Assembly: GCA_016125095.1 (NCBI GenBank)
Contig: WGMK01000010.1
Location: forward strand, 331,336 to 395,335
Direction of reading: 5' to 3'
From: Candidatus Hydrogenedens sp.
GTDB taxonomy: Bacteria; Hydrogenedentota; Hydrogenedentia; Hydrogenedentales; JAEUWI01
DNA: 64,000 nucleotides
A model generated the notes under the pieces. The model was given only the letters and a program-made list of their open reading frames with translations. It was not told the DNA's origin and ran no database searches. Below are positions 29,655-39,844 of the stretch, one piece after another. A program made the position numbers and the translations under genes. Positions within the stretch are counted from its first letter, which is position 1. Every line of letters starts with the position of its first letter.

Positions 29655-31018
29655 GGGCGGCCTCCGTCCAGATAGGAGCGCTTCGGCGGCACCGGCAGTT
29701 CGCGACGCTTGCCCCACGCGTTCCAGGGGCCGTAGACCAGCGCGCGCGGCGTGATCCGCAGCGAGAGGCGCATCATCCGCCCGCCCAGCTTGAACAGCCA
29801 CGGGCGCGTGGCGACAAAGGTAAACACGTGCGCGCCGAGCTGCTTGGACAGCGGCACGCGCCCCTCCTTCGCCAGTTCTTCGCGCCAGTACAGCAGCTGC
29901 TTGTGCAGGTCGATCTTTACGGGGCACACCTCGGTGCAGGAGCCGCAGAGCGAGCTGGCGAAGGGCAGCGTCTCGGTCTGCTCGAAGGCGACGTTCGGCG
30001 CGAGCACCGACCCGATCGGCCCCGGAATGACGTGGTTGTACGAGTGGCCGCCGCTGCGCCGGAATACCGGGCAGGTGTTCATGCACGCGCCGCAGCGGAT
30101 GCACTTGAGCGCATTGCGGAACCGGTCGCGCGCGAGGAGCGCCGAACGGCCGTTGTCGAGCAGCACGATGTGCAGTTCGCTGCCCGGCGCCGGCCCCGTC
30201 ACGTGCGAGGTATAGGCCGTGATGGCCTGGCCCGTGCCCGAGCGCGCCAGCAGCCGCGTGAACACGGCCAAATCCTCGAAGCGTGGCACGAGTTTTTCCA
30301 GCCCCATGCAGGCGATGTGCAGCTTCGGCACCGTCATGCCGAGATCGGCGTTCGCCTCGTTCGTGCAGACCACCAGCGTGCCGGTCTCGGCGACCGCGAA
30401 GTTCACGCCGGTGATGCCCGCTTGCGCATGCAGGTAGCGCGCGCGCAAATCCTGCCGGGCGGCCTCGGTCAGCTCCTCGGCCGAGTCATTGCCCGGGGCC
30501 GTCCCCAGGTTCTTCTCGAATATCCTGCCGATCTGCTGCTTGTTCAAATGGATCGCCGGCAGCACGATGTGGCTCGGGTGCTCCTGGTTCAATTGCACCA
30601 CGCGCTCGCCCAGGTCCGTATCGACCACCTCGATGCCCTGCGCTTCCAAATACGGGTTCAGCGCGCATTCCTCGGTCAGCATGCTTTTGCTTTTCGCCAC
30701 CGAGGTCACGCCGTGCTGCTTCAAGAGCCCGTGCACCAGCACCCGGAATTCTTCCGGGTCCTTCGCCCAGTGTACCGTCGCGCCCGCAGCCCGCGCGGCG
30801 CGCTCGAATTGCTCCAGGTAATCGGGCAAATGCGCCAGCGTGTGCTGCTTGATGCGCGTGGCCTGCTCGCGCAGGCGCTCCCAGTCCGGCACCGAAGCGG
30901 CAGCCTTGTCGCGCCGGTCGCGCACGTTCCACAGTGCGGCGTCGTGCCAGGCGGCATGTGCGCCATCGTCCAGAAAGCGCGCGGCAGCCGGCGGGTGCGC
31001 CTCCGTGCGCGCGCTCAT
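29651..31018 (-). CDS. lutB: Lactate utilization Fe-S protein B
   Basis: KSKSMLTEE; TDLGE; PSHIVLPAIH; CIRCGACMNTCP; SSLCGSCTEVCP. Confidence 0.93.
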   Translation of the reverse strand: MSARTEAHPPAAARFLDDGAHAAWHDAALWNVRDRRDKAAASVPDWERLREQATRIKQHTLAHLPDYLEQFERAARAAGATVHWAKDPEEFRVLVHGLLKQHGVTSVAKSKSMLTEECALNPYLEAQGIEVVDTDLGERVVQLNQEHPSHIVLPAIHLNKQQIGRIFEKNLGTAPGNDSAEELTEAARQDLRARYLHAQAGITGVNFAVAETGTLVVCTNEANADLGMTVPKLHIACMGLEKLVPRFEDLAVFTRLLARSGTGQAITAYTSHVTGPAPGSELHIVLLDNGRSALLARDRFRNALKCIRCGACMNTCPVFRRSGGHSYNHVIPGPIGSVLAPNVAFEQTETLPFASSLCGSCTEVCPVKIDLHKQLLYWREELAKEGRVPLSKQLGAHVFTFVATRPWLFKLGGRMMRLSLRITPRALVYGPWNAWGKRRELPVPPKRSYLDGGRP

Positions 31019-31785
31019 ACGCGGTCTCCCGCCAGAATCTGCGCCACATGCGCCACGCGCACGGCCCGGTGTTCGCGCCGGATGATCCCCTCGAGGTGCA
31101 TCAGGCAGCTCATGTCGCCGCTCGCGATGATCTCCGCGTGCGCGCGCTCGTGGCAGGCCACGCGGTCGCGCCCCATGCCCACGCTCACCGCTTCCTCCGA
31201 CACCGCGAACAGTCCGCCGAAGCCGCAGCATTCGTCCGGCCGGTCGAGATTGACGAGTTCGATGTCGCGCACCAGGCTCAGCAGCGCGCGCGTCTTGTCC
31301 GTAGCGCAGCCGAAAGATTCGCTCGGCTGGGCCAGCCGCAGTTCGCGCAGGCCGTGGCAGCCCTGGTGAATGCCCACCCGGTGCGGAAAAGACACGTCCA
31401 TTTCCCGCACGCCGACCACATCGTGGAGAAACTCGCAGAACTCGAATACACGGGGGATCTTGGCGTCGTCCAGCCACAGGTCGCGGTAGTGCTCGCGCAC
31501 CATCGCTGTACAGGAACCCGAAGGGCAGACCACATACTCGAAATCCGCGAAGACCTTGCAGCAGTGTTTCGCCACCGGCAGCGTTTCCTTCGCGAAGCCC
31601 GAGTTCAGCATGGGCTGACCGCAGCAGGTCTGCTGCTTCGGCACCACCACCTCGCAGCCGTGGCGCTCGAGCACCCTCCGCGCGGCGTCGGCCACGGCCG
31701 GATAGAACTGGTCCACATAGCACGGCACCATGAGGGCGGCGCGCAGCGATTGGGTGGTCGGGGCAGCAGAAGTCATGGCGCGCAT
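31015..31785 (-). CDS. lutA: Lactate utilization protein A (CCG domains)
   Basis: PCYVDQ; QTCCGQP; SGSC; ECCGFGGLF; DMSCLMH. Confidence 0.92.
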   Translation of the reverse strand: MRAMTSAAPTTQSLRAALMVPCYVDQFYPAVADAARRVLERHGCEVVVPKQQTCCGQPMLNSGFAKETLPVAKHCCKVFADFEYVVCPSGSCTAMVREHYRDLWLDDAKIPRVFEFCEFLHDVVGVREMDVSFPHRVGIHQGCHGLRELRLAQPSESFGCATDKTRALLSLVRDIELVNLDRPDECCGFGGLFAVSEEAVSVGMGRDRVACHERAHAEIIASGDMSCLMHLEGIIRREHRAVRVAHVAQILAGDRV

Positions 31786-31901
31786 TTTAGCCTGTGTCGA
31801 AAGGTTTGTGCGAACTGCGCCGCCGCGATCGCCTTTCGCTGGCGTTGGAAACCGCGACAGGAGTAGACTTCAACTCCCCTCTTTACCGATTGGATTCCGC
31901 C

Positions 31902-33653
31902 ATGAGCCCCAAACGCATCGCCCGAAGTGTGTCCAGCGCCCTCCTAGAGCCGGCGTACCTGGGCACTGCGCTCCGACAGACCTTCCGCGAAGGCTACGGC
32001 CGCGCCGATCTGCTCGCCGATCTTTCGGCGGGCGCGGTGGTCGGCATCATCGCCATTCCGCTGTCCATGGCGCTCGCCATCGCCACGGGCGTGCCGCCGC
32101 AGATGGGCCTCTACACGGCCATCGTCGCGGGCGCGCTCACGGCCCTGCTCGGCGGTTCGCGCGTCCAGGTCACCGGGCCGACTGCCGCCTTTATCGTCAT
32201 CCTTGCGCCCGTCGTGCACCAGTTCGGCGTCGGCGGACTTATGCTGGCCACCGGCATGGCGGGCGTCATGCTCTTCGCGCTCGGCTTCGCGCGCATGGGG
32301 CGGCTCATTCAATTCGTGCCCTATCCCGTCACTGCCGGCTTCACCGCGGGTATCGGCATTGTTATCGGCACACTGCAGGTGAAGGATTTTCTCGGCCTGC
32401 ATATCGAGGCGATGCCCGAGGAATTCCTCGAAAAGGCGCTGGCGATCGCCGAGGCCTTGCCCACGGCGTACCTGCCCGATTGCCTTGCAGGCGCCGCGAC
32501 GCTGGCGCTGCTGCTGCTCGTGCCGCGGGTACTGCCGAAATTCCCGGCGCCGCTGGTGGTGCTGCCCGTCGTGGCGGGCGCGGCCTATGCCGCTGCACTG
32601 GCGTGGCCCGATGCCGCTGCGGTCACCATCAACGACCGCTTCTCCTACACCCTCGGCGGCGAGACCCTCGCGGGCATTCCGCGCCTGCTGCCGCCGTTCA
32701 TGGCCCCCTGGAACCAGCCTGGACCCGATGGTGCGCCGTTGACGCTATCGCTGGGCCTCATCAAAATCCTGCTCGGGCCCGCCTTCGCCATCGCGATCCT
32801 CGCCGCCATCGAGTCGCTGTTGTCCGCCGTCATCGCCGATGGCCTCACGGGGAAAAAGCACGACCCCGATTCCGAACTCATGGGCCTTGGGCTGGGCAGC
32901 ATCGCGGGCACGTTCTTCGGCGGCATCGCGGCCACCGGGGCCATTGCGCGCACGGCCGCCAACGTGCGCTTCGGCGCACGGTCGCCCATCGCCTCCATCA
33001 CGCACGCTCTCGTCATCCTCATCGCCATCGTGGCGGCCGCGCCGCTGCTGGGCTACCTGCCCATGGCCTCGCTGGCCGCACTGCTTATGCTTGTCGCGTG
33101 GAATATGTCCGAGGCGCGCCACGTGCTCTACGTGCTGCGCATCGCTCCCAAGAGCGATGCCTTCGTCCTGCTCACCTGCATCACGCTCACCGTCGTCTTC
33201 GATATGGTGGTCGCGGTCAGCGGCGGGCTGGTGCTGGCGTCAGTGCTGTTCATTCGCCGCATGGCCGAGGTATCAAGCGTTACGCTCGTGGATACCAGCG
33301 CGGGGGAGACAATGCATGGTCTGCGGCCCGGGGTGGTGGTTTACGAAATCGCGGGACCGCTCTTTTTCGGCGCGGCGGAAAAGGCCATGTCCTCCCTGCA
33401 CGAAGTCGGCACCGAAGTCCGCACAGTCATCTTCGATTTCCGGAAGATACCCGCCATGGACGTGACCGGACTCATCAACCTGCAGTCGGCCATCCGCCGC
33501 CTGCGCAGTGAGCAGATCGACATTGTCCTCGCGGGCGTGCACGGCCAGCCCCAGCGCGTCCTGGCCAAGGCAGGCACGGACGACAACGTCATCGTCGAGT
33601 CCGACTTCGAGGCCGCCCTCGCGCCGTATCGGGCATTTGAAAGTAGCCGGTAG
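31902..33653 (+). CDS. SulP/SLC26 family anion or carboxylate transporter with STAS domain (DauA-like)
   Basis: DLSAGAVVGIIAIPLSMALAI; GPTAAF; AIESLLSA; ATGAIARTA; STAS GPLFFGAA. Confidence 0.88.
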   Translation: MSPKRIARSVSSALLEPAYLGTALRQTFREGYGRADLLADLSAGAVVGIIAIPLSMALAIATGVPPQMGLYTAIVAGALTALLGGSRVQVTGPTAAFIVILAPVVHQFGVGGLMLATGMAGVMLFALGFARMGRLIQFVPYPVTAGFTAGIGIVIGTLQVKDFLGLHIEAMPEEFLEKALAIAEALPTAYLPDCLAGAATLALLLLVPRVLPKFPAPLVVLPVVAGAAYAAALAWPDAAAVTINDRFSYTLGGETLAGIPRLLPPFMAPWNQPGPDGAPLTLSLGLIKILLGPAFAIAILAAIESLLSAVIADGLTGKKHDPDSELMGLGLGSIAGTFFGGIAATGAIARTAANVRFGARSPIASITHALVILIAIVAAAPLLGYLPMASLAALLMLVAWNMSEARHVLYVLRIAPKSDAFVLLTCITLTVVFDMVVAVSGGLVLASVLFIRRMAEVSSVTLVDTSAGETMHGLRPGVVVYEIAGPLFFGAAEKAMSSLHEVGTEVRTVIFDFRKIPAMDVTGLINLQSAIRRLRSEQIDIVLAGVHGQPQRVLAKAGTDDNVIVESDFEAALAPYRAFESSR

Positions 33654-33733
33654 GGCGAGCGTACCCGCGAGCCATCTTGATGCGAAGACTTTGCTACAGC
33701 GCCAAAATGGCTCGCGGGTACGCTCCCCCTACC
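33649..33733. repeat. Inverted pair of GTAG-type REP-like elements (family A)
   Basis: ggtagggcgagcgtacccgcgagcca (33649-33674) and an inverted copy at 33708-33733 (25/26 identical), between convergent genes. Confidence 0.8.
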
Positions 33734-33740
33734 GTTCCAA

Positions 33741-36700
33741 TCAGATCCCCCCGCCGGTGTCTTTGGTCTTCGCGGCGGCGCGCCGGTGCGCCAGCAAATA
33801 CAGGATCGGCAGCACGAACAAGGTGAGGATGGTGTCCGTCACCACGCCGCCCACGACGACCGTCGCGAGTGGGCGCTGCACTTCCGCGCCGACGCCCGTC
33901 GACAGCGCCATTGGAATGAAGCCGGCCGCGTCGGTGATAGCGGTAGCGAGCACCGGCCGCAGCCGCTGCTTGCCGGCCTCGACGATCGCCTCGCCCAGTC
34001 CTTGGCCCTCGTTCCGATAGGCGCGGATGGCTGCGACGAGCACCTGCCCGTTGAGCACGGCGATGCCACTGAGCGCGATGAAGCCGACCGCCGCGCTCAC
34101 GCTGAACGGAATGCCGCGCGCGTACAGCGCCAGCACGCCGCCGATGGCCGCGAAGGGCACGCCGCTGTAGATGATGAGCACATCGCGCAGGCTGCCCAGA
34201 CTGAAGAACAGCAGCATGAACACGAGCAGCAGCGTGAGCGGCACGATGATGGCGAGCCGCTGCTGGGCGCGCTCGAGGTTCTCGAACTGGCCGCCCCAGT
34301 CGATCACGTAGCCCTCGGGGAGGTCCACCTGCGCTTCAATCTGCTGGCGTGCCTCGTCCACGAAGGATGCCACGTCCCGGCCGCGCACATTGGTCTGCAC
34401 GCGTATCAGGCGCCGGCTCCACTCGCGGTTGATGGTCGACGGACTCTCCGTCACGCGCAGGTCGGCCAGCTGGTTCAGTTCGAAAAGGCCGCCCGATTCC
34501 GTGGCGACGCGCGCCTTGGAGAGCGCGTCGAGATCCTCGCGGTAGCGGTCCGGCAGGCGTAGCACCAGCGGGAATACCCGCTGGCCCTCATAAATCGCGC
34601 CGACCTCGGTGCCGCCGAGCGCGGCGACAAAGTCGAGCACGTCCCCCGTGGGGATGCCGTAGCGCGCGGTGCGGGCCTCGTCCACGTCCACCTGCAGGGT
34701 CGGCTGCCCGGTAATCTGGTCCACGGAGATATCCGCCGCGCCTTCGATGCCGCCGAGCACGGTTTGCACTTCGTCGGCGATGCGCACGAGTTCGTCGAAA
34801 TCGTCGCCGAAGATCTTGATGCCGAGGTCCGACCGGATGCCCGCCGCCATCTCGTTCATGCGCAACTCGATGGGCTGCGAGTACGACATGTTCACGCCGG
34901 GCAGATCCGCCAGCGAGGCCTGGATCTTGGCCACCAGTTCATCTTGGCTCGAGGCCTTGGTCCATTCCTCGCGCGGCTTCAGGGTCATGAACATATCGGT
35001 CAGCTCGATGCCCATCGGGTCCGTGGCGACCTCCGCCACCCCGATACGGCTCCAGACGTATTTAATCTCGTCGGGAAAGTTATCGAGTATCAGCTGCTCG
35101 ATGCGCGTGTTGTACTCGGTCGATGCTGGAATGGCGACGCCCGCGAGCCGCACGATGTTGGCCACGGCCGCGCCTTCGCTAAGCCGGGGCGTGAATTCGC
35201 CGCCCAGCCGCGAAGCGTACACCCCGGCCACAATCGCCAGCGCCGCTGTGCAGACGAGGATGGGCCCCCGAGCGACCAGCGCGCCTCGAAGGAGTGCCCC
35301 GTAGCCTGCGGTCATCCAGTGGCCCAGACCCTTGCGCTCCGGTCTCAGGTTCCACGGCAGTGCGTAGTACGAGAGCACGGGGGAGAGGCACAGCGCCACA
35401 GCGAGCGCGCCGCCCAGCGCCAACATGAAGGTGAACGCCATCGGCCGGAACATCTTGCCTTCGACGCCCTCGAGCGCGAGAATCGGCAGAAATACGATGG
35501 CGATGATGCCCATGCCGAAGCCGATCGGCCGCGCCACTTCCTTGCTCGAATGCACGATGCACGCGATGCGCTCGGCCGCGGTCAGCTTGCGCCCTTCGCG
35601 TTCCTGCGATTCGCGCAGGCGGCGCAGGTTCGCCTCGGTCATCACCACGCTGCCGTCCACCAGGATGCCGAAGTCGATCGCGCCCAGGCTCAGCAGGCTC
35701 GCCGCGATGGACAGCTCGAACATGCCCAGCGCCGCGAACAGCATCGCCATCGGCACCGTCACCGCCACCAGCAGCCCCGCCCGGAAATTGCCCAGCAGCA
35801 CGAACAGCACCACGACGACCAGCAGCGCGCCCATCGCGAGGTTGTGCTCGACCGTGCCGATCACTTCCGATACCAGTTCCGTGCGGTCGTAGACCACGGT
35901 GACGTTAATGTCGTCGGGCAGCGCCTTGGCTGCAGCCTGCAGGCGATCACGCAGCGCCGCCGTCACCTCGTTGCTGTTCTCGCCCAGCAGCATGAAGCCG
36001 AGACCCATTAGCGCCTCGCCCTGTCCCTGAAACGTCACCGCGCCCTGCCGGATCTCATGGTCGAGCCGCACTTCCGCCACGTCCCGCACGCGCACCGGGG
36101 AGCCCTCGTGCGCATCGATGACGATGCCGCCGATCTCCTCGATGCTCGATACGCGCCCGAGGCCGTGTACCAGCAGGGCCTCGCCGCTGCGGGTCAGCTG
36201 GCCGCCGCCCACATTCTGGTTGTTGCGCCGCAGCGCTTCTTCCACCTGCGCCAGCGTCAGGCCGTATTTGATGAGCGCATCGGGATCCGTGATGACGTGG
36301 TACTGCTTCTTGAAGCCGCCCCAGCTGTTTACTTCGGCCACGCCCGGCACCTTCAGCAGCTCCGGCTTAATGACCCAGTCGTGCGGTTCGCGGATTTCCG
36401 TGAGCGTGCGGTCGGGGTTGTCGGAGCGCAGCACATAGTGCAGCACTTCGCCGAGTCCGGTGGAAATGGGGCCGAGCTGCGGACGCCCGATACCCTCAGG
36501 CAGCTCGACAGTATTGAGCCGCTCGGTCACGAATTGCCGGGCGTTGTAGATGTCGGTGCCGTCTTCGAACACCGCCACCACTTGCGAGAAACCGAACTTG
36601 GAGACCGAGCGGGATTCCTCCAACCCGGGCAGCCCCGATATCGCCAGCTCGATCGGCAGCGTGATCTGCTGCTCGATTTCGAGTCCGTTCAAAGCCGGGG

Positions 36701-36857
36701 CGGTCGTGTTGATTTGCACCTGCACGGGCGAGGTGTCGGGAAACGCGTCGATCGGCAGCTGCGTCAGCCGCCACGCGCCGACGGCGCAGACGATCGCGAA
36801 GCCCGCCACCACGAGCAGGCGGTTGTGCAGCGAATAGGTAACGATTCTCTCAAGCAT
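33741..36857 (-). CDS. czcA: CzcA/CusA family heavy-metal RND efflux pump
   Basis: LPIDAFPD; LGPISTGLGE; SLGAIDFGILVDGSVVMTE; RLRPVLAT; GAEVQRPLATVV. Confidence 0.93.
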   Translation of the reverse strand: MLERIVTYSLHNRLLVVAGFAIVCAVGAWRLTQLPIDAFPDTSPVQVQINTTAPALNGLEIEQQITLPIELAISGLPGLEESRSVSKFGFSQVVAVFEDGTDIYNARQFVTERLNTVELPEGIGRPQLGPISTGLGEVLHYVLRSDNPDRTLTEIREPHDWVIKPELLKVPGVAEVNSWGGFKKQYHVITDPDALIKYGLTLAQVEEALRRNNQNVGGGQLTRSGEALLVHGLGRVSSIEEIGGIVIDAHEGSPVRVRDVAEVRLDHEIRQGAVTFQGQGEALMGLGFMLLGENSNEVTAALRDRLQAAAKALPDDINVTVVYDRTELVSEVIGTVEHNLAMGALLVVVVLFVLLGNFRAGLLVAVTVPMAMLFAALGMFELSIAASLLSLGAIDFGILVDGSVVMTEANLRRLRESQEREGRKLTAAERIACIVHSSKEVARPIGFGMGIIAIVFLPILALEGVEGKMFRPMAFTFMLALGGALAVALCLSPVLSYYALPWNLRPERKGLGHWMTAGYGALLRGALVARGPILVCTAALAIVAGVYASRLGGEFTPRLSEGAAVANIVRLAGVAIPASTEYNTRIEQLILDNFPDEIKYVWSRIGVAEVATDPMGIELTDMFMTLKPREEWTKASSQDELVAKIQASLADLPGVNMSYSQPIELRMNEMAAGIRSDLGIKIFGDDFDELVRIADEVQTVLGGIEGAADISVDQITGQPTLQVDVDEARTARYGIPTGDVLDFVAALGGTEVGAIYEGQRVFPLVLRLPDRYREDLDALSKARVATESGGLFELNQLADLRVTESPSTINREWSRRLIRVQTNVRGRDVASFVDEARQQIEAQVDLPEGYVIDWGGQFENLERAQQRLAIIVPLTLLLVFMLLFFSLGSLRDVLIIYSGVPFAAIGGVLALYARGIPFSVSAAVGFIALSGIAVLNGQVLVAAIRAYRNEGQGLGEAIVEAGKQRLRPVLATAITDAAGFIPMALSTGVGAEVQRPLATVVVGGVVTDTILTLFVLPILYLLAHRRAAAKTKDTGGGI

Positions 36858-36869
36858 GCTGCACCCCGC

Positions 36870-38297
36870 TTAATGGTCGGCGCAGCCCGCGCCGAGGCGG
36901 GCCTTGAGAAATTCGCCCTTGAGGATGTGGCTTCCCTGCAACGCGACGGTCTCGTCGGGCGACAGGCCGGCCGCCACGTACACGCGGCCGTCTTCCTTGT
37001 CGCCGAGCCGCACCAGGCGGGCGTCGTAGAGATCCTCGTCGAGCTTCACGAAAACCATTGGGCGGCCGTCCACATCCTGCACGGCGGACGCGGGCAGCGA
37101 TACCCCGGCGGTCTCCGTGCCCGCGAGCGTGGCTTCGCCGAACAGGCCGTCGCGGAGTTGTCCTTGCGGATTGTCCAGCACGGCGCGCGCCTCGACGGTG
37201 CGGGTCTGCGGATCCACACGATAGGCCAGCCAGGTCAGGGTGCCCGGGAAAACGAGATCGGGGTAAGCCTCGAAGCGCGCCTGCACCGGCGCGCCCACGG
37301 CCACCTGCCCCAGCTGCGCTTCCGGAATCGCGAGCTTCATCCACATCTGCGACAGGTCCGCCACGCGGAACAGCACGGTGCCCGTCTCGACGTTGTTGCC
37401 GATTACGGCCTGCCGGTCCACCACGGTACCGGCGAAGGGCGCGCGGATGGGGAGCAAGGGGCCAGCCTCGCGGCTGCGGGTCACGGCCTCGGCCTCCTCG
37501 GCGCTCAGGCCGAGATTCATCAGGTGCTGCCGTGCATGGTCCACTTCCGTCGCGGCGGCCTGCGCCTCGGCGCGTGCACGTTCCAGGTCCTGCCGCGCCG
37601 AAATCTCCCGGGCGTGCATGTCCTGTTCGCGGGCGAGCACCTGCCGCGCCAGGTCGGCGTCGGCCAGCGCCTTTACGTACGCGCTCTTGGCCTCCGCCAC
37701 GGCGTGCGAGCTGACCGTCGCGAGCAGCTGTCCGGCCTTCACCTGATCGCCCACGTCGGCTGCCACTTCGGTGATGATGCCCTGGCCGAGCGGCGTCACC
37801 ACGGCCAGATGATTACCGTCGAAGGTGACTTCGCCCAGTAGATGCTGCACGCGCCGCCCCGTACGGCTCTCAGGCTTGCCCACTTGCACGCCCGCCTTGG
37901 TCAGCGATTCCGCCGAGCCAAATCGCACTTTCATGCCATCGCCCACCGCGCGCTCGCCGATGCTGGCGGAGCTGCAGATGCCGCATTCGGCTTCCGGCAA
38001 ATCGTGCTCGCCGCACCAGGCCACGCCATCGCGCATGGAATGTCCGTGCCCGTCGTCGTCGCCGTGGTCGTGCCCTTCGTGGTCGGAATGATCGTGAGCA
38101 TCGTCCTCAGCATGGGCGTCAGCATCGTCGTGTCCATGGTCTGCGTCGTGATCATGATCGTGGTCATGGCCGGACTCTTCGTGTCCGTGTTCGTCTTGAT
38201 CCTGTGCGAAGACCTCCGCCGTGCAGCCCGCATACAGCGAGGCCGCGAGGCACAAGGAAAGCCATCCAGCGAACCAGATCCAGTTATTTGTCGTCAT
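36870..38297 (-). CDS. czcB: CzcB-like periplasmic adaptor with His/Asp-rich N-terminus
   Basis: Membrane-fusion protein features (VGDQVKAGQ, IRAPFAGTV, ADLSQMW, TRTV); His-rich tract; WCGEH..ECGIC; GGAGG RBS before ATG 38297. Confidence 0.88.
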   Translation of the reverse strand: MTTNNWIWFAGWLSLCLAASLYAGCTAEVFAQDQDEHGHEESGHDHDHDHDADHGHDDADAHAEDDAHDHSDHEGHDHGDDDGHGHSMRDGVAWCGEHDLPEAECGICSSASIGERAVGDGMKVRFGSAESLTKAGVQVGKPESRTGRRVQHLLGEVTFDGNHLAVVTPLGQGIITEVAADVGDQVKAGQLLATVSSHAVAEAKSAYVKALADADLARQVLAREQDMHAREISARQDLERARAEAQAAATEVDHARQHLMNLGLSAEEAEAVTRSREAGPLLPIRAPFAGTVVDRQAVIGNNVETGTVLFRVADLSQMWMKLAIPEAQLGQVAVGAPVQARFEAYPDLVFPGTLTWLAYRVDPQTRTVEARAVLDNPQGQLRDGLFGEATLAGTETAGVSLPASAVQDVDGRPMVFVKLDEDLYDARLVRLGDKEDGRVYVAAGLSPDETVALQGSHILKGEFLKARLGAGCADH

Positions 38298-38299
38298 GT

Positions 38300-39772
38300 C
38301 TATTCCTCCGCGGCGGCGCTTGCGCCGTCCAGGGGTTGGGCCGCATCGGGTACTGCTACCGGCAGGGCCAGGCCCGCGGTGCGTTCGATACCGGCGATGG
38401 CGCGGTGGTAGGCAATCCGCGCATCCGTCAGGTCCAGGCGCGCATTCGTCAGCGCGCGGTCCGCCTCGAGCACCGCGAGCAGGTCGAACTTGCCCAGTTC
38501 GTAGCCCTCGCGCGTCAGGCGGCTGGTGGTTTCGAGTTCGGGTACGACCCGCGCGGCCAGCGCCTCGGCGCGTTCGTATGCCGCTGCGGCCGCTGCGTGC
38601 CATTCGGTCAGCGCGGTTTCCATGGCCGCGTCTGCTGCGCGCTGCTGATGCTCTGCCTGCCGCGCCCGCAGTTCCGCCGCGCGGATGGAGCCCTGGTTGC
38701 GGTTGAACAACGGCAGCGGAATCGAGCCTTCCAGCACCAGCGAGTGGCGTAATGTGTCGTCCGGCTCCTCGTTGGCGCGGCTGTAATTGAAGCCGCTCGT
38801 GCCCAGCGACCAGCCGCGTGTCGTTGCGCCGTCCAGCGCCGAGGCGCGGTAGCCGAGGCCCACGGTCAGGTCGGGCACGGCATTGCGTTCTTCCAGGGTC
38901 ACGAGGGCCTCGCGCCGGGCAAGTTCGGCATCCCAGCGTTTCAGCAGGGGATGCTCCGCGCGGGATGCGAACAGCGCGTCGAGTGCAGGCAATTCCGGCA
39001 TGGGGTCGAGGCTGCCTTCGACGCTCTCGAAGCGCGGGTTCGTGGAACCCCACAGCGCCGCCATCCGTAGCCGTGCCCGGTCCAGGGTCGCCCGCGCGCC
39101 GGCTTCCTCGATACGTACGCGCTCCAGTTCAGCGCGAGCACGCCGCTCGTCCAGCGGCGACACATGCCCCGCTTCCACCTGGCCACCGACCGCCGCATCG
39201 AGTTTTTCGGCCAGCGCGACCAACGCCGCGCGTTGCGCGACGTGCTCGCGGGCCGCCAAGACCTCGGTAAAGGCCGCCACGGTATCGCCGGCGATTGCAT
39301 AGCGCGCCGCCTCGTAGTCCCACGCGGCGACAGACTCGGCGAGTTTCGCGGCGTTGACCCTGGCGGCACGCTTGCCGCCCAGTTCGAACACTTGCGAAAG
39401 CCGCAAGGTCGTATCGAGCTCGTCCACGCCGCCGCCGGTTCGGGTCTGTTCCCGGGAGGTGCCCGCCTCGAGCCCGTCCGGCGCTAAGCCGATCGTGCGT
39501 GCGCGGATCGTGCTGCCGGTACCGCCATCGAGAAAGAGATTCTCGACCTCGACACCCAGCTCCGGATTCGGACGCAGGCCGGCTTGCAGGGTTTCGGCCT
39601 CGGCGATGGGGGATTCCCACGCAAGCGCCGCGAGTTCAGGGTTATGCGCCAGCACGATTTCCAGCGCGGTTTCTAGTGTCAGGGTGCCCTCAGGTTCCGT
39701 AAACGGGGGAGTGGCTTCCTGTGCCATAGCCGCCGAGGCGGCCAGTAAGAGCGGTAGGCACCGCAATAACAT
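38300..39772 (-). CDS. czcC: CzcC/TolC family outer membrane efflux protein
   Basis: NPEL; QAGLRPNP; ELGGKRAAR; IPLPLFNRNQG; YELGKFDLLAVL. Confidence 0.88.
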   Translation of the reverse strand: MLLRCLPLLLAASAAMAQEATPPFTEPEGTLTLETALEIVLAHNPELAALAWESPIAEAETLQAGLRPNPELGVEVENLFLDGGTGSTIRARTIGLAPDGLEAGTSREQTRTGGGVDELDTTLRLSQVFELGGKRAARVNAAKLAESVAAWDYEAARYAIAGDTVAAFTEVLAAREHVAQRAALVALAEKLDAAVGGQVEAGHVSPLDERRARAELERVRIEEAGARATLDRARLRMAALWGSTNPRFESVEGSLDPMPELPALDALFASRAEHPLLKRWDAELARREALVTLEERNAVPDLTVGLGYRASALDGATTRGWSLGTSGFNYSRANEEPDDTLRHSLVLEGSIPLPLFNRNQGSIRAAELRARQAEHQQRAADAAMETALTEWHAAAAAAYERAEALAARVVPELETTSRLTREGYELGKFDLLAVLEADRALTNARLDLTDARIAYHRAIAGIERTAGLALPVAVPDAAQPLDGASAAAEE

Positions 39773-39844
39773 CGGATTCGTCTCCAAGTTGCGCGCAGAA
39801 ACGCACGCGGCTTCCAGTTCGTGCAATCGAATGGGAGGGAGCGA

